DNA of 64,000 bases from contig NZ_QLYX01000008.1 in assembly GCF_003289645.1 (NCBI RefSeq), positions 208,147 to 272,146 on the forward strand, given 5' to 3'. The position numbers and the translations under genes are program-made. This document shows positions 63,103-64,000 of the stretch, in pieces. The notes beneath the pieces are model-generated. The model made no database searches. It saw only the letters and a list, made by a program, of their open reading frames with translations, and had not been told where the DNA came from. How positions within the stretch are numbered: position 1 is the stretch's first letter; each line of letters begins with the position of its first letter. Source of the DNA: Actinomadura craniellae. Its GTDB lineage: Bacteria; Actinomycetota; Actinomycetes; Streptosporangiales; Streptosporangiaceae.

Positions 63103-64000
63103 TTGGCAGGTCAGACACTCGCCCCGCCGAGCGGCGTCATCGGCCGGCCGGTCGAGCCGCTGCGCCGCTTCCTGCGGACCGAGTCGGGGAGCGCCGCGCT
63201 GCTGCTGGCGGCGACCGTCGTAGCGCTGCTGTGGGCGAACTCGCCGTGGTCGGGCACCTACGAGACCTTCTGGCACACCGAGTTCGAGGTTCGGCTGGGC
63301 GACGCGAGCATCGCGCTGGACCTGCGGCACTGGGTCAACGACGGCCTGATGGTGTTCTTCTTTTTCGTGGTGGGCCTGGAGGTCAAGCGCGAGCTGGCGA
63401 TGGGCGAGCTCACCGAGTGGCGGCGGGCGGCGGTGCCCCTCATCGGCGCGGTCACGGGGCTCCTGCTCCCCGCGATGATCTTCCTGGCGCTGAACCCCGG
63501 CGGCGAGGCGGCCCGGGCGTGGGGTGTCGTCATCTCCACCGACACCGCGTTCCTGCTGGGCATCCTCGCGGTGGTGGGGCCGGCCCGCGCCACCGCGCTG
63601 CGGATCTTCCTGTTGACGCTCGCCGTCGCCGACGACGTCGGCGCGCTGCTGGTCATCGCGCTGTTCTACACCGAGGAGCTGAGGCCGTGGCCGCTGCTGG
63701 TCGCCGCGCTCGGCATGGCCGTCATGGCGATGCTGCGGCGGCTTCAGGTGTGGCGCGGCCCGGCGTACTTCGTGGTGGCCATCGTGGTCTGGGTGGCGAT
63801 GTACGAGTCGGGGGTGCACCCCACCGTCGCGGGGGTGGTCATCGCGCTGTTCGTGCCGGTGCACCCGCCGGGGCGGCGCGAGGTGGAGGACGCCGAGCGG
63901 CTCACCCACGCGTTCCGCCAGTCGCCGAGCCCCGAGCTGGCCCGGGCGGCGCGGCTGGGCGTCGAGCGGGCGGTCTCGCTCAACGAGCGGTTGCAGCGGC
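63103..64000 (+). CDS. nhaA: Na+/H+ antiporter NhaA (5' partial, continues beyond the window)
   Basis: TTG start with GGGAGGAA RBS; NhaA motifs [42 protein letters not shown]. Confidence 0.8.
   Translation, partial: MAGQTLAPPSGVIGRPVEPLRRFLRTESGSAALLLAATVVALLWANSPWSGTYETFWHTEFEVRLGDASIALDLRHWVNDGLMVFFFFVVGLEVKRELAMGELTEWRRAAVPLIGAVTGLLLPAMIFLALNPGGEAARAWGVVISTDTAFLLGILAVVGPARATALRIFLLTLAVADDVGALLVIALFYTEELRPWPLLVAALGMAVMAMLRRLQVWRGPAYFVVAIVVWVAMYESGVHPTVAGVVIALFVPVHPPGRREVEDAERLTHAFRQSPSPELARAARLGVERAVSLNERLQR

Overview
This window is high-GC actinomycete (Streptomyces-like) chromosomal DNA. I call two tRNAs on the minus strand at the left edge (Phe-GAA and Asp-GTC), about 65 protein-coding genes and several non-coding repeat families. 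Most of the very long ORFs in the six-frame track are GC-driven shadow frames; I chose real genes by hydrophobicity and domain signatures, RBS placement, ATGA/GTGA start-stop coupling and third-position GC. The content is mostly accessory-type genes: an orphan sensor kinase, two MFS efflux pumps (one downstream of an AfsR/SARP regulator), two ECF sigma/anti-sigma pairs, and many one-component regulators (TetR, HxlR, MmyB, AraC). Three things stand out. (1) A translationally coupled nfeD-like, flotillin and 1620-aa MoxR-class AAA+ ATPase operon at 26137..33606. (2) A visibly lower-GC islet at about 54800..58470 carrying a three-gene cassette that looks like an ABC-3C-type conflict system: a predicted effector, a small middle component, and a coiled-coil ABC/SMC-like ATPase, followed by an HTH protein. 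(3) An Scr1-type XRE-HTH regulator fused in frame to a complete peptide deformylase at 35120..36583. Other notable features are a GDP-sugar 4,6-dehydratase plus C-methyltransferase plus NUDIX cassette with atypical composition, a secreted His/Gly-rich protein built from perfect 27-bp tandem repeats, a recurring REP/MITE-like GATCCTTCAGC inverted-repeat element at three loci (one in frame inside a kinase gene), a 127-bp composite palindrome between the convergent modA and lipase genes, and a shared TTCTAGAACG box upstream of three neighbouring genes beside a TetR regulator. I found no CRISPR array, rRNA, integrase or transposase.
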